Counted from the first letter of the stretch, positions 42,426 through 54,262 are shown. The stretch is 64,000 bases of DNA from an uncultured Hormoscilla sp. (GCA_963921275.4 OZ001293.3:6080001-6144000); one strand, 5' to 3'. The notes: generated from the sequence alone by a model not told the origin. A program made the numbers and translations.

Positions 42426-42722
42426 ATGGCTAACATCAAGTTTGTCAAGGAAAACCGTGAGGCGATTGCCGCCGATGGAGCGAATCTGAGGCTGAAGGCT
42501 CTGGAGAACGGGATCGATCTGTATAAGACCTGGGGGAAGATGACCAATTGTGGGGGCTACGGTCAATGCGGCACCTGTATTGTGGAAATTGTGGCCGGGA
42601 TGGAAAATCTCTCACCTCGGACTCAGACCGAACAGCGCAAGTTGAAGAAGAAGCCCGACAACTACCGGCTAGCCTGTCAAACTCTGGTGAATGGCCCAGT
42701 TTCTGTGAAAACGAAGCCGTGA
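42426..42722 (+). CDS. 2Fe-2S ferredoxin family protein
   Basis: [10 protein letters not shown]...RLACQ. Confidence 0.93.
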   Translation: MANIKFVKENREAIAADGANLRLKALENGIDLYKTWGKMTNCGGYGQCGTCIVEIVAGMENLSPRTQTEQRKLKKKPDNYRLACQTLVNGPVSVKTKP

Positions 42723-42789
42723 GATCGGATCTGAGGTATTCTAGGTACGTAATGGTTTCGTGTCTATTCAGTAAGGAGGCTTGCAAGGG

Positions 42790-42906
42790 ATGGAAGTTAA
42801 CGATCTCGGATTTGTGGCCAGCATTTTGTTTGTGTTAGTGCCTGCTGTATTCTTGTTGATCCTTTACATTCAAACGGCTAGCCGTGAAGGCAATAAAGAT
42901 GCTTAG
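42790..42906 (+). CDS. psbM: Photosystem II protein M (not in the ORF track)
   Basis: [47 protein letters not shown]. Confidence 0.97.
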   Translation: MEVNDLGFVASILFVLVPAVFLLILYIQTASREGNKDA

Positions 42907-42972
42907 AGTTAAGCACTGACAAAACCGATCTGTTGGTGCCGGCATTTGGTGACGGCACCTTTTTAGTCGGGC

Positions 42973-43812
42973 CTAGTCAGGGAACCGGACTAGCAACACT
43001 GGACAGTTAGCATTCACCCGGACATAGTCGGACAGAGAACTTCCGAGCAGTCGATCGAGGTCTGGCAAGGTCTTGGCCACGGAGGGGCGTCGGTCTGGGG
43101 AACCGAGAATTAACAAGTCTATATTCTTATCTTCTGCGAGGCGACAGATTTCTTTGCTAGCATCACCACGGGAATTGATGCAACTATAAGCAACTCCCAT
43201 CAGTTTGGCCTGTTTGGCCGCTTCCTTCAACAGGTGATCCTCTTCAGGGCTAGCGACGTTCTTGTCTGGGTTGACGTGAGCTAGCACCAGTTTAGCTTTG
43301 CCACCTGGAAGATCTCGCAGCAACGATAGAGCTAGCTGCAAGCTCTGCTGGGCCGCTGGAGAGGGGTCGAGAGCCACCATGACGCGGTAGATTCTTTTGA
43401 CATAGACATCGTCCTTCACCAGCAGCATGGGACGAGAGGCTAACTGGAAAACGTACTGACTGACTGAGTTCTTCAAGATGGCTTCCAGACGTCCTAAGGC
43501 CCGCGAACCCATAATAATTAGGTCAGAATCTTCTTCCTTGGCAACTGCGAGGACGACATCTTTGCGGTCTCCCTGTTTCAGTCGGGGATTGATCCGGTTA
43601 GGATCGTCGATCTTGATTGATTTTACTGCCTCTGCTAGAATCTTACCGCCCTCTTCTAGCTTTTGTGACATGGCTTGGGCTGTGGCTTGGGGAGGCACGA
43701 CGTGCAATACTGTCACCGATGCCTGCTTGATGCTCGGGATTTCCAGCAACATATTTACCATCTGTTCGCACAGTCCCCTGCCAGCGACGGTTACTAAAAT
43801 CTTCTTGAACAT
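42973..43812 (-). CDS. Tandem universal stress protein
   Basis: Two USP domains (DLIIMGSR..SVS..PMLLV; DLLILGS..CPVLLV). Confidence 0.93.
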   Translation of the reverse strand: MFKKILVTVAGRGLCEQMVNMLLEIPSIKQASVTVLHVVPPQATAQAMSQKLEEGGKILAEAVKSIKIDDPNRINPRLKQGDRKDVVLAVAKEEDSDLIIMGSRALGRLEAILKNSVSQYVFQLASRPMLLVKDDVYVKRIYRVMVALDPSPAAQQSLQLALSLLRDLPGGKAKLVLAHVNPDKNVASPEEDHLLKEAAKQAKLMGVAYSCINSRGDASKEICRLAEDKNIDLLILGSPDRRPSVAKTLPDLDRLLGSSLSDYVRVNANCPVLLVRFPD

Positions 43813-44054
43813 ATAAACACTTCTCGCAATTAATTCGCTTCTGTTTATTCAGCATAAGCTTAAGTATTGACTCAGAGTTTGAAGAAATGTAGCGGTTCGT
43901 AACAATTTGTAATGTGAACGAAGAGTTGAGTTGGTTTGAATATCGGGTATATTGCTTGGATGGAGGAGGCGCGGGTAGAATGCTTGCGTTTTTTCAGTCT
44001 CAGACTGGGAACCAGATTCAGATGTGAGACTCGTCCTAGTTATTCAAATATACC

Positions 44055-45260
44055 ATGAAAGCAATTTCTCTCCTGGGCTCTACTGGCTCTATTGGTACTC
44101 AGACTCTGGATATTGTGGCCCAAAACCCCGAACAGTTTCGGATTGTCGGGTTGGCAGCGGGGCGCAATGTGGAACTGTTGGCTCGGCAAATTCGCCAGTT
44201 TCGCCCGGAAATAGTGGCTATTCGGGCAGAAGCAATGTTGCCCGAACTGAAAGAGGCGATCGCCTCATATGACCAGCAACCTATTCTCTTAGCAGGAGAG
44301 GCGGGAGTTACGGAAGTGGCCCGTTACGGCGATGCGTCCACTGTTGTTACTGGCATTGTCGGTTATGCTGGTCTGTTACCGACTATAGCTGCTATTGAAG
44401 CTGGTAAGGATATCGCCTTGGCAAATAAGGAAACGCTGATTGCTGGCGGTCCAGTAGTTTTGCCTTTGGTGGAAAAACATAGGGTAAAGCTATTACCTGC
44501 TGATTCTGAGCATTCTGCTATCTTTCAATGTCTGCAAGGAGTGCCATCCGGTGGTTTACGGCGGATTATTCTGACTGCTTCTGGTGGTGCTTTCCGAGAT
44601 TGGCCTGCCGAAAAATTAGCTCAGGTACGGGTTGCTGATGCCATTAAGCATCCTAATTGGTCGATGGGACGTAAGATCACTGTCGATTCTGCTACCTTGA
44701 TGAATAAGGGGCTGGAAGTAATTGAGGCTCATTTTCTGTTTGGCATGGATTACGACCAGATCGATATCGTGATTCATCCTCAAAGTATTATTCACTCTTT
44801 GATTGAACTGCAAGATACTTCTGTGTTGGCCCAACTGGGATGGCCGGATATGCGCTTGCCTTTGCTTTACGCTCTCTCTTGGCCCGATCGGCTCTATACT
44901 GATTGGGAAACTTTGGATTTGGTTAAGGCTGGGAATCTGACTTTTAAGGAACCCGAGCATGAAAAGTATCCTTGTCTGGGCCTTGCCTATGCTGCGGGAC
45001 GTGCCGGGGGTTCTATGGCTGCGGTTTTGAATGCTGCTAATGAACAAGCTATCTCTCTGTTCCTAGAGGAGAAAATTAGGTTCTTGGATATTCCCAGAGT
45101 GATTGATTATGCGTGCGATAGACACCTTGGAGAACTCTGTCATCATCCGACTTTAGATGATATTATAGCAGCAGATCGATGGACAAGACAGGCTGTTTTG
45201 GCTGCTGTAGATACGGGTGTTGCTTCTGGAAAGCAGGCGACATTGGTTTCTCTGGGATAA
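44055..45260 (+). CDS. dxr: 1-deoxy-D-xylulose-5-phosphate reductoisomerase
   Basis: [26 protein letters not shown] and NAANE motifs. Confidence 0.98.
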   Translation: MKAISLLGSTGSIGTQTLDIVAQNPEQFRIVGLAAGRNVELLARQIRQFRPEIVAIRAEAMLPELKEAIASYDQQPILLAGEAGVTEVARYGDASTVVTGIVGYAGLLPTIAAIEAGKDIALANKETLIAGGPVVLPLVEKHRVKLLPADSEHSAIFQCLQGVPSGGLRRIILTASGGAFRDWPAEKLAQVRVADAIKHPNWSMGRKITVDSATLMNKGLEVIEAHFLFGMDYDQIDIVIHPQSIIHSLIELQDTSVLAQLGWPDMRLPLLYALSWPDRLYTDWETLDLVKAGNLTFKEPEHEKYPCLGLAYAAGRAGGSMAAVLNAANEQAISLFLEEKIRFLDIPRVIDYACDRHLGELCHHPTLDDIIAADRWTRQAVLAAVDTGVASGKQATLVSLG

Positions 45261-45733
45261 ATTCATGCATGCTAGAGCATTGGTCAAGTATTCTCATTAA
45301 CCGGGTTTCTTGACCTTATCTCTATATTTTTTGGTTGTCAAGTTAACTTTTCAAGCATTTAATCCATCCTCCGATCGCCGTGCGTTAATTTTATCGAATC
45401 ACGCAATTCCTCTGGAGTAGGCTTCATCCAACCGCCCCGCTTTTCTCAACTTTGTGGTAGCATTGTCACAACCCCAATGCTATGTGAATTACTTCTACAA
45501 TTTGTGGCTCTGTATAAGCCACAGCACCAACCTGTGTAACAAATCCATCTCGATCATAAAAAATCTGCAGTTTTACATCACCTATTTCTGAGTTAATGTA
45601 GTAAACCTCCTGGTAATTGTGGTGTTCCGGACGGCTGCTAGAGCAATTTCCTGATGGTGATGCCCACCCTACAAACATGATACAATTTTATTCACTTCAG
45701 ATAAAAAATATTTGCCTGCGATCGCCCACCAAA

Positions 45734-46192
45734 TTATCCTAGATTAAATTCCTTGAGGGCTGGTAAAAAGTTCTTATTTTCGTGACTGGGGCGACTGAGT
45801 TTATATAAAGCAAATCGCTCCACCGGTGTTAAATATGCCCATTGTTCTGAAGTAATAGTTACGTCAAGTTCTCGTGCTTTTTCTTCTAAGCTAGCAGGGA
45901 TAACTGTTGCATCCATCCATGCCGGATGGGGGTCAATTGGCAGTACAGAAGCAGACTTACCCGTGCGTTCGGTTACCAACTCCTGGAGAAATTTCCCGTA
46001 GGCTTGAACTTCTTCTGATTTGTTGCAAGGCAATTCTACCAGAATTTGACGTTCTTCTTGGCTAAATTGGTGCCAGTGAGATAGTTTGAGTTTCACGCCG
46101 CAAGTATCAAGCTTGAGGCGCACCTGCATAGGAATGCAGCGTAGGGAGTCTACAAAATCTGCTTCAAATTGGAAGAAAACCTTTTTTCCCAT
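45734..46192 (-). CDS. narM: Nitrate reductase-associated maturation protein
   Basis: FFQFEADFVDSLRCIPMQVRLKLD..RFALYKLSRPSHENKNF. Confidence 0.9.
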   Translation of the reverse strand: MGKKVFFQFEADFVDSLRCIPMQVRLKLDTCGVKLKLSHWHQFSQEERQILVELPCNKSEEVQAYGKFLQELVTERTGKSASVLPIDPHPAWMDATVIPASLEEKARELDVTITSEQWAYLTPVERFALYKLSRPSHENKNFLPALKEFNLG

Positions 46193-46320
46193 ATCTTAGT
46201 CCAAATGCTAAATCTAAAATCCTACCACAGTTTACTTCTATATACACTGAGTGGGTTGCGACGCAACCCACTCGATGGCTGGAATTAGCAGTAAGCATTC
46301 AGCTGAATGCTTACCATTGC

Positions 46321-46500
46321 CTAATTAAAACGCCGCTTACGCCTTCTGGCGATCTCCTTGCGCTTACGTTTCTCGATCGGAGTCTCGAAGTGGCGTACTC
46401 GCTTTATTTCTGAGAAAATTCCCTCCTTGGACACCTGACGCTTAAACCTACGCAGGGCCGAATCTATACCTTCATTTTCGCCAACTATCACTTGGGTCAT
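46321..46500 (-). CDS. rpsU: 30S ribosomal protein S21 (copy 2; not in the ORF track)
   Basis: [48 protein letters not shown], directly downstream of the rbp gene. Confidence 0.97.
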   Translation of the reverse strand: MTQVIVGENEGIDSALRRFKRQVSKEGIFSEIKRVRHFETPIEKRKRKEIARRRKRRFN

Positions 46501-46575
46501 AAGTTCTCCTACAGCACGTGGGTAGATATCTCAAAACTTCTGCCTTGCTTGCCCCAGCCTGGGGCTTCAGCCAGT

Positions 46576-46914
46576 TTAGTAGCGATTGTGAGAGAATCCA
46601 TCCCGAGAAGAAGAGAATCCGTCTCTGTTGCGACCACCACCTCGACGGCCACCTCCACCTGGACTTCTTTCCGTGCGAGGCTTAGCCTTGTTTACCTTGA
46701 TTTCCCGATCCATCCACTCAGCCCCATCTAGAGCTTCTATGGCCGCTGTTTCTTCTTCCTCTGTTTCCATTTCCACAAACCCGAAACCGCGCTTACGACC
46801 CGTGTCGCGGTCAACTGGTAGCTGCACCCGCTTCACCGTTCCATATTCTTCAAAAATGCCACTCACATCCTCTTCCGTGGCTTGGTAGGATAGGTTCCCT
46901 ATATAAATTGACAT
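46576..46914 (-). CDS. rbp: RRM RNA-binding protein with Gly-rich tail (Rbp family)
   Basis: IYIGNL (RNP2) and RGFGFVEM (RNP1). Confidence 0.95.
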   Translation of the reverse strand: MSIYIGNLSYQATEEDVSGIFEEYGTVKRVQLPVDRDTGRKRGFGFVEMETEEEETAAIEALDGAEWMDREIKVNKAKPRTERSPGGGGRRGGGRNRDGFSSSRDGFSHNRY

Positions 46915-47000
46915 GGATTACCTCCAGAATCATTGATTGTAGAGATTGAGATTCGGAGATATGCCTGATTCAGAACGAAAACAAACTACTCAGCCGATCT
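46915..47000 (-). promoter_or_regulatory. Conserved rbp 5' UTR boxes
   Basis: TCTCCGAA (46952-46959), TTTGTTT and TCGGCTGA motifs, as described upstream of cold-regulated cyanobacterial rbp genes. Confidence 0.55.
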
Positions 47001-47213
47001 TCTCCCTTCTTTTCTAGCCTAGCACATAAATTCGGCAATGTCTAAAATTTTTTGGCAAGCAGCTATCTTTGTCTGGTCATCATTATCTTCTCTGGGGTTG
47101 TAGTATAATCTTACTTCTGCTGCATATTACACCGGCGCACTCCCACCCGTCTCGGGAGCATGTCAGTTGTCAGTTGTTAGTTGTCAGTTGGTCCTATTAA
47201 CAGGTAATTCTGT

Positions 47214-47342
47214 CAGGGGAAAACGCATCTAAATCCTGGAAGCCTTTCCCAGGAAGCATTCTCTAATTATATAAGTATAAATACTTGAAAATCTCAAACC
47301 CTTGTCCTGTAAGCGTTTCAAAAATAAGATGCGTTTGCCCTG
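47214..47342. mobile_element. 129-bp MITE with 10-bp target-site duplication GTAATTCTGT
   Basis: CAGGG...AACGCATCT-type inverted ends; duplication at 47204-47213 and 47343-47352. Confidence 0.9.
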
Positions 47343-47598
47343 GTAATTCTGTAGAAGTTGTAAAAATTCTTATAACCAACTGGTGTAGTACAATATCATA
47401 CATTTAACTAATACGTAATTTATCGTTGGGATTACTATTATGCTACTTTTTGTAATCTGTACTAGCTCTGATGATTTAGGAAACAGGACGTATATTTATT
47501 TATACGGATACGAACTTTTCTGTTCGTTTTCATCACAAGCTGTTTGTCATCATTACGTCAGACATTTTGTCGTGCGGAATGTAGGTTATAACATTATC

Positions 47599-48254
47599 GT
47601 GCGACTTGTTCCGGCGTAAACCAGTAATGGTGAAAGTCGGGTCTGGTTCCATTAACTAGATAACTCTGGTCATCATGAGGGTTAGTGCGTGGTGCTGTCC
47701 TCATTTGGACAAGTTAGATGTAAAGCGCATGCTCACGTGGGGAGGGATGTCCTAAGAAGCTAATGCCTGGGCGGTGTCTGGAGCATGCCGATGGCGCTAC
47801 GCTGGGGGCGCCAGCCGTGTCCTGAAGGACAAGAGCATGCGGAAGACGCCGGGTAATGCCTAGGATATGCAGACGTACAACGGATATGGTAAGAAGTCCT
47901 GGGAGATAGTAGCTTTCCAAACGTGCATAACCAGGAGCAATCCTAGGTAGTAATGATGGATTAAAATCCTAACCGGGTAAAAATGTAGATCCCCCAAGAT
48001 ACGGGTACCTGTTAGTAAAGAGCGGTTATGGTGGTTTCCTAGTTCTCCCCCGCGAATCTTCCGGAGTTAGGTACTCAACGGTTCATTGACTGACCATAAA
48101 GAAGCGAAATCTCATAGGATAAGGGACAACGGGGGTAACCCCTAGTAATTCTGCTCATGACAATAGCTTACCAACCAGTAGCCCTGTGCGGTGAAAGTCG
48201 CTCTTCAGGTTCCGAAAGGGAGGGTTGGGAAGTGATTCCCAGGGAGACCCCGAC
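47599..48254 (+). mobile_element. Degenerate ORF-less group II intron, intergenic
   Basis: 5' GTGCGACTTGTTCC homologous to the iscA intron; large domain I deletion; mutated domain V; ends CCCCGAC. Confidence 0.85.
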
Positions 48255-48311
48255 CTGGATACGATCAAAAGCGTCTCTCATCTTATATCTGTAGCTTTTT
48301 TTATAGATTTA

Positions 48312-48776
48312 TTATTTTTTATTAGTACTGCGGATGATTAAGTAGCTAATGGAAAGAGTAAAAACTGCTACACCCAAGCCTATCAGGTCACTGGCTGACT
48401 TTTTTTCCAGGTCGATAATAATGATTTTCCGAGCTACAGCAATTAGGGAAGTGATAATCACTAACTCTGCTTGCACCACATGTTTGCGCAGATAGGCTGT
48501 GATGTTTTCTAATATTTCTAGGGCAATCAGGACGTTTAGGAACAGCCCGAATACTTCAAATAAGGTGGTTTGATAGAATCTTAAGGGATCGAGAAATATC
48601 TGTCTAAATAAAAAGATCGCTATGTCGCAAACCGTGACAAATATGACCACCACCATCAACACGGACAGTACCTTAGATACGATCACCTCTAGGTTCTCGA
48701 TCAAGCCCATAAACTTCTCGGACTCCTTGGCTATGCTGATAAGTTTCTGGGCTTGTTTCGGTAACCGCCGCATCAC
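48312..48776 (-). CDS. PsiE family membrane protein
   Basis: FGLFLNVLIALEILENITAYL..LIAVARKIII. Confidence 0.9.
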   Translation of the reverse strand: MMRRLPKQAQKLISIAKESEKFMGLIENLEVIVSKVLSVLMVVVIFVTVCDIAIFLFRQIFLDPLRFYQTTLFEVFGLFLNVLIALEILENITAYLRKHVVQAELVIITSLIAVARKIIIIDLEKKSASDLIGLGVAVFTLSISYLIIRSTNKK

Positions 48777-48838
48777 TTTTCGTTCTTTTGCATTTGTTCT
48801 TTGCTACGGGCCCAGAGCCAAAGACAATTGGGCGATCG

Positions 48839-51028
48839 CTAATTAGCGATTAGAGATGGTTCCGCCAAATTGTCTGCTGCTGTCAAGTCCCTGACTACCC
48901 TAGTCAATTGTACAGCACAGGCTTTTAATTCGGGTTGCCCTGATTCGGGACAAGCTTCTGGATGAGTCAGGGCGTTTGCTTCTGACTGTTGGGCCCAAAG
49001 TACTCCCCAGTGCATCGGCACAAACACCGTACCCGGAGATATTGCCTTTGTTATTCTAGCAGGAAAACGGGCAAATCCTCGACGCGATCGCACTTCCACC
49101 CAGTCTCCTTCGGAGATCAACAGCTTGCTGGCATCCCGGGGATGAATCTCGATAAATGGTTCCGGGTGCATCTGGATGATTTTCTCAATCCGACCGGTGC
49201 GGGTCATGGTATGCCAGTGACCGTAAACTCGCCCCGTCGTCAGCACGAAGGGATAGTCCGGCGAGCTGGGTTCTGCTAGTCCTTTAGCATGATAGGCCCC
49301 AAACCTGGCCCTGCCATCAGGGGTGTGGAATCGCAGATCGGTGTAGAGACGCTCTCTGGGAACATCTGTAGTCCGATCGGGGCAAGGCCACTGCATCGGA
49401 CCATGCTGGCGCAGCCGATCGTAACTGATACCGGTCATGTCGCAAGGGCGCGAGCGGGTCAGTTCAATAAACTCTGACCTGACAGCAGCAGAGTCGGCAA
49501 AATCAAACTTATCGGCAAAACCCAGGCGACGGCCTACTTCGGCAAATATTTCCCAGTCGGCTTTCGCGGATCCCACCGGTTCCCGGAAGGCCGGACATAG
49601 AGTCACCACTCGCTCTGAATTAGTCATTGTACCAGTTTTTTCTCCCCACTGGGCCGCCGGTAATACCACATGGGCATAGGCGGTGGTTTCCGTCGGGTAA
49701 TAAGCATCCTGATATATTGTAAAGGGCGAGTGCAGCAATGCCGCTTTCGTCCGAGCCAGATCTGGCATACTCACTGCTGGGTTAGTAGCAGCTATCCACA
49801 AGCAACCGACTGCGCCCCGTTCCAGACCGGTAATCATCTCCCAGGCAGTCAGACCCGGATGAGGCGAGATTTGCCCTGGTGGGAGTCCCCATAACTGTTC
49901 CACTTCTGCCCGATGTTGGGCATTGGTGACTAGCCGATAACCGGGCAATATGTGTGCTAGTCCTCCTGCTTCTCGTCCCCCCATCGCATTGGGCTGACCG
50001 GTGAGGGAGAAGGGCCCCGCCCCCGGTTTGCCAATGTTTCCGGTCATCAGATGCAGGTTAACGATCGTGCGGACTTTAGCAGTACCTTCTGTAGACTGGT
50101 TTACCCCCATCGACCACATGGACAGAACTCGCTGGGATTTGCCCCACCAGCGGGCCGCCGTCTCCAGTTCGTCGATGCGGATGCCGCATTGTTCGGCTAC
50201 CAGTTCCGGTTGATAATGGCGAATCACTTCTGCGTACTCGGGAAAACCGGTAGTGCATTCATCAATAAAGATCGTGTCTATCATACCCCAGCGCATTAAC
50301 AGGTAGGCAATGCCATTGAGTAAATCAATGTCAGTGCCCGGTCGGATCGCCAGATGTAGGTCCGCTATCTCCGCTGTTGCTGTCTGGCGGGGGTCTACCA
50401 CAATCATCTTGACATCTCGATTTTTTTTGTGGTACTTGCGCAGGCGGTTGAAGACGATCGGGTGACATGCAGCAGCATTGGTGCCAATCAAAAAGGCCAT
50501 GTCTGTCTGCTCCAAGTCATTGTAGCAGCAGGGAGGACCGTCGGCCCCAAAGCTTTGGATATACCCGGACACCGCTGAGGACATGCAGAGGCGGGAGTTA
50601 GCATCAAAATTGTTGGTGCCCAGACATCCTTTGATTAGCTTTTGGGCCACGTAGTAGTCTTCGGTTTGGAACTGACCGGACCCGTACATGCAAATTGCCT
50701 CTGGACCTTGGGTGAAGCGTACCGTTTGCAGGCGGTTGACGATCCGATCGAGGGCTTCATCCCAACTCACCCGCTGCAAGGGTTCGCTTAAGGAATCTCG
50801 CATCATTGGGTATTTCAGCCGGTCTTTGTCTAGGGATTCGCTCACTGTTGCCCCTTTGACACATACCATACCTTGGCTGGAGGGATGGGCCCGATCGCCC
50901 CGAACCTGCCAGATGGGATTTCCCTGACTATCTCTATGGGTGGCTTTACCAGGCTGGGCGGGGGGTAAAACTTCTAGACCACAGCCTACGCCGCAGTAGG
51001 GACAGAGTGTTTTGGTTGGGTCAGTCAT
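48839..51028 (-). CDS. narB: Ferredoxin-nitrate reductase
   Basis: [26 protein letters not shown] and [10 protein letters not shown]; likely ATG at 51028 rather than the ORF-track start. Confidence 0.96.
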   Translation of the reverse strand: MTDPTKTLCPYCGVGCGLEVLPPAQPGKATHRDSQGNPIWQVRGDRAHPSSQGMVCVKGATVSESLDKDRLKYPMMRDSLSEPLQRVSWDEALDRIVNRLQTVRFTQGPEAICMYGSGQFQTEDYYVAQKLIKGCLGTNNFDANSRLCMSSAVSGYIQSFGADGPPCCYNDLEQTDMAFLIGTNAAACHPIVFNRLRKYHKKNRDVKMIVVDPRQTATAEIADLHLAIRPGTDIDLLNGIAYLLMRWGMIDTIFIDECTTGFPEYAEVIRHYQPELVAEQCGIRIDELETAARWWGKSQRVLSMWSMGVNQSTEGTAKVRTIVNLHLMTGNIGKPGAGPFSLTGQPNAMGGREAGGLAHILPGYRLVTNAQHRAEVEQLWGLPPGQISPHPGLTAWEMITGLERGAVGCLWIAATNPAVSMPDLARTKAALLHSPFTIYQDAYYPTETTAYAHVVLPAAQWGEKTGTMTNSERVVTLCPAFREPVGSAKADWEIFAEVGRRLGFADKFDFADSAAVRSEFIELTRSRPCDMTGISYDRLRQHGPMQWPCPDRTTDVPRERLYTDLRFHTPDGRARFGAYHAKGLAEPSSPDYPFVLTTGRVYGHWHTMTRTGRIEKIIQMHPEPFIEIHPRDASKLLISEGDWVEVRSRRGFARFPARITKAISPGTVFVPMHWGVLWAQQSEANALTHPEACPESGQPELKACAVQLTRVVRDLTAADNLAEPSLIAN

Positions 51029-51189
51029 AATTTCTTCTGAGGATAATATATCGCTTATGCGCCCTCGATCGAGGATGCTTTGGTGTCTCCTGGGTAGTGC
51101 GAGTACGATGTTTGTGCGAATAGCGCTCCCGGGGAATATCGAGATCCCAGGAGACACCGTGGGATCTGGCGCAATTGTGGTATTGCCAG

Positions 51190-51527
51190 AGCGTAGCGTG
51201 CGCGCTCGCGCTCGTTTTCAGCATGTAGATATTGCTAGTTAAGAAGAAACTGACAAAGCTAGCGATCGCCACAACTGGAATCATGCTCGTATCAGACAAA
51301 ACACGCTCGTATCACGCTGGTACTAATTGGCGTTTTCGTCACCGCCACATTCACCGCCGCCAAAGTAGTACAGACTGGCAACTAATCCCCCATCCAGAGG
51401 GGTCTTCTGGGTAGTGCTCCTAGGGGTCGGGAGACACCGATCGCTGCTGCACAGATAATCCTATGAAAATAGCTCAGAGTGCTAAATTCATTCTCCTGCG
51501 CTTTTTTCGATGATGCTTTTTCCTCAT
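51190..51527 (-). pseudogene. Remnant of a CLC-type channel gene (start plus C-terminus, middle deleted)
   Basis: VCTTLAAVNVAVTKTPISTSVI..SDTSMIPVVAIASFVSFFLT resembles CLC C-terminal helices. Confidence 0.5.
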
Positions 51528-51926
51528 ATCTTGCTGTTGGGACTGTCGCTATCTCTTTTGTTTTAATATTCACTCGCTGACCGTCCTTCTTCTCTCGTCA
51601 ATCGGTTATGCAAGCTAAGCATCCTGGAGATCTTCGGTCAATAAACAGGGTTTCTTTTGGGGAAAATGCTGATATTTCGTCTATCACCTCACGAGAAACC
51701 CTGTTTCTGAGAATACTTTCCAGATGTCCTAGGAGCGAAAGAATCAGCCTATCTTTTCCGCGATAAATTGCTATATTTTAGCAATTTATAATTAGAGGAA
51801 AAAGCACAGGAATTAGCAATTGTTCGTAGTAAGGACTAAAGTCCTTGCACGCAGTTCGATTAGCGCTACGCGCACTGCGTATATCACCGCAAGAGGTAAG
51901 CACTAAAGTGCTTACTACAAACCAAT

Positions 51927-53438
51927 TTATTCTTCGGCGATCGCATTAGGCAGGGCATTGGTTGCGTATTCTGCTTCACCCTCGTGGTGTTCCGCAAAGG
52001 AACCTTCAGGTTCTTTCAGGTAGAAGACACAGATGAAGGCCACAATTAAAGCCATGACTCCTAGGACTTCAAAGAAGACGCGGTTGCCGACATCGCCTGC
52101 GGGTAACAAGCTGAAGAGAGTCAGGTAAACTACTGCACCTACGTTTCCATAAGCCCCGACATTCCCGGCTATCTGACCCGTGACCCGCCGCTTAATTAGA
52201 GGGACGATCGCAAAGGTAGAACCTTCACCTGCTTGCACGAAGAATGAACAAGCCATTGTCAGCAGCACCGCTATAGGAAGCCACCAACCGCCATTAACTT
52301 GACCCATCATCAGATAGCCGATACCCATGCCAGCAGTTAGCACCGCCATTGTCATCTTGCGACTGCCCAGCTTATCGGAAATTAAGCCACCACCCGGACG
52401 AGACATCAGATTCATGAAAGCATAGCTGGCGGCGATTGCCCCTGCCAGTTGTTTGCTCAGTCCAAAGGTGCCTTCAAAGAAAGCGGGTAGCATGGAAACC
52501 ACTGCCAGTTCGGAACCGAAGTTGACAAAATAGGTGAGTTCGAGAATTGCGACTTGGGAGAATTTGTAACGGTCTACGGGGGGATAGCGCTTTTGGGACG
52601 CAACCAACTCTTTATTTACTTTCCAGCAATTATAAGCTTGGAACAGATACAAACCTACTAGAAAGGCCCAGACCATGTATAGTTGACCTTGATTGAGGAA
52701 ACCAACTTTACTCAAGCGCCAAGCTAGGAGGCACAGCACCCCAGACAAGGGAATATTCATCACCATCAGGAACCAGAAGTCGTTCTTCGTGGTGACTTCC
52801 AAACCTGTGGTCCGGTTCGGTTTCTGATAGACTTTGCCAGTAGGCGTGTCTTGGACGTTCAAGAAGTAAATGGCTCCATAAGCTGCAGTGATGATGCCTG
52901 TTAGGGCGATCGCCAGCCGCCAGTTAATCATACTGGTGCCTGCAAAAGCTAGCACTGTCGCCACCGTGGGCAGTGTCAAGGCCGATCCTGCTGAACCAAA
53001 GTTACCCCAACCGCCATAGATACCTTCTGCTAAGCCAATTTTTTTGGGGGGAAACCATTCTGCTACCATGCGGATGCCGATCACGAAACCTGCACCCACA
53101 ATGCTCAATGCTAAGCGCGATATCACCAACTGACTAAAGTTCTGTGCCATGGCGAAGGCGATACAGGGAATTGCTGAATACATGAGCATCAGGGAGAAGG
53201 TAATTCTCGGCCCATATTTATCTAATAGCATCCCGATGATTATCCGGGCTGGCACTGTCAGGGCTACGTTACAGATCGCGATCGTCCGTATCTGAGATAT
53301 TTCCAAACCCAGGTCTTCTCTTATAGCTGTGGCTAGGGGGGCGAAGTTAAACCACACGACAAAGGTCAAGAAGAATGCAAACCAGGTCATGTGCAGGATT
53401 TTGTAGCGACCCCGAAATGACCACATTTCTGTTAGCAC
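51927..53438 (-). CDS. nrtP: NarK-family nitrate/nitrite MFS permease
   Basis: HMTWFAFFLTF, GIYGGWGNFG and AGNVGAYGNVG motifs; located between nirA and narB. Confidence 0.95.
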   Translation of the reverse strand: MLTEMWSFRGRYKILHMTWFAFFLTFVVWFNFAPLATAIREDLGLEISQIRTIAICNVALTVPARIIIGMLLDKYGPRITFSLMLMYSAIPCIAFAMAQNFSQLVISRLALSIVGAGFVIGIRMVAEWFPPKKIGLAEGIYGGWGNFGSAGSALTLPTVATVLAFAGTSMINWRLAIALTGIITAAYGAIYFLNVQDTPTGKVYQKPNRTTGLEVTTKNDFWFLMVMNIPLSGVLCLLAWRLSKVGFLNQGQLYMVWAFLVGLYLFQAYNCWKVNKELVASQKRYPPVDRYKFSQVAILELTYFVNFGSELAVVSMLPAFFEGTFGLSKQLAGAIAASYAFMNLMSRPGGGLISDKLGSRKMTMAVLTAGMGIGYLMMGQVNGGWWLPIAVLLTMACSFFVQAGEGSTFAIVPLIKRRVTGQIAGNVGAYGNVGAVVYLTLFSLLPAGDVGNRVFFEVLGVMALIVAFICVFYLKEPEGSFAEHHEGEAEYATNALPNAIAEE

Positions 53439-53635
53439 TTGAATTCACTCCTGAAATTAAACTACTGTTTTTTTACAACTGCGAGCAAACAATGCTCAAT
53501 ATTCAGCTTCTGATGCCTCTCGGGAGAACCTTTAAGGCTTAAGGGTGAGCTGGCTCAACAGTGAACTTCTGTTCGCGTAGCGTGGCGCAGCCATGGCTCA
53601 AGGTCGAGCCTCAAATGTATAGCCCTAACTACGAA

Positions 53636-54262
53636 CTACTCTTGCTCTACCCAAGGGCTAACTTCTAGCACGCCCTGGGGAGAAAGGACTGCCAAAAATG
53701 GCACTGTCGGTTCTGCCTGAGCATCTGCTATGAAGCTTTCCGATTTTGTCAATGTATCTATCCCCGTTTCGGCGATGTAATCTGAAGCTACTTGATTGAG
53801 GGATTCGTAGGAGGCTATCTCCCCGTTCTGGTTCACCTCGATCCGGTAAACTAAACTCTGATTGAAGGTGGGAATGATTCGCCAAGCCCGGTCAATTTGG
53901 CTGTACAGCTTCCTGTTCAATTCGGCGATCGCCTCTGGGGTTATTTCTGCTGATTCAGTTATTTCTGCTGCTGGTGCTGGGGCTACCACTGGTACTTTTG
54001 GTGCTGAGGAGGTCTTCAACTTCTCCGGAGTTTTCTTTGTCTCGACTACAGTTGCTGTTGCTGCTGTTGTCTCTGGAGCAGTTTGTACAGCCTCTAGTTG
54101 ACGGTGCCAACTGTTGACCATAAAACCTACAAATCCGATCAGGGCTATGCCCAACATTACTTGGGGTCCGGCGCTCTGTTTTGTCTGCTCATCTGAGAGT
54201 GAAGCGCCATTCATTTCTACTTCGCGGTCAATTTTCTTGGCGATTTCTTGTGAACTATCCAT
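53636..54262 (-). CDS. Hypothetical single-pass membrane protein
   Basis: One transmembrane segment; C-terminal LVYRIEVNQNGEI..GVLEVSPW (DUF4335-like tail); GGAG RBS. Confidence 0.7.
   Translation of the reverse strand: MDSSQEIAKKIDREVEMNGASLSDEQTKQSAGPQVMLGIALIGFVGFMVNSWHRQLEAVQTAPETTAATATVVETKKTPEKLKTSSAPKVPVVAPAPAAEITESAEITPEAIAELNRKLYSQIDRAWRIIPTFNQSLVYRIEVNQNGEIASYESLNQVASDYIAETGIDTLTKSESFIADAQAEPTVPFLAVLSPQGVLEVSPWVEQE

Noticed and set aside
45466..45678. 70-aa ORF downstream of narM
   Set aside because: It starts within a GTAGGGTGGGCA-type repeat and has no recognisable motif; at most a gene fragment
51029..51157. N-terminal extension of NarB in the ORF track
   Set aside because: It derives from palindromic repeat sequence; homology begins at ATG 51028
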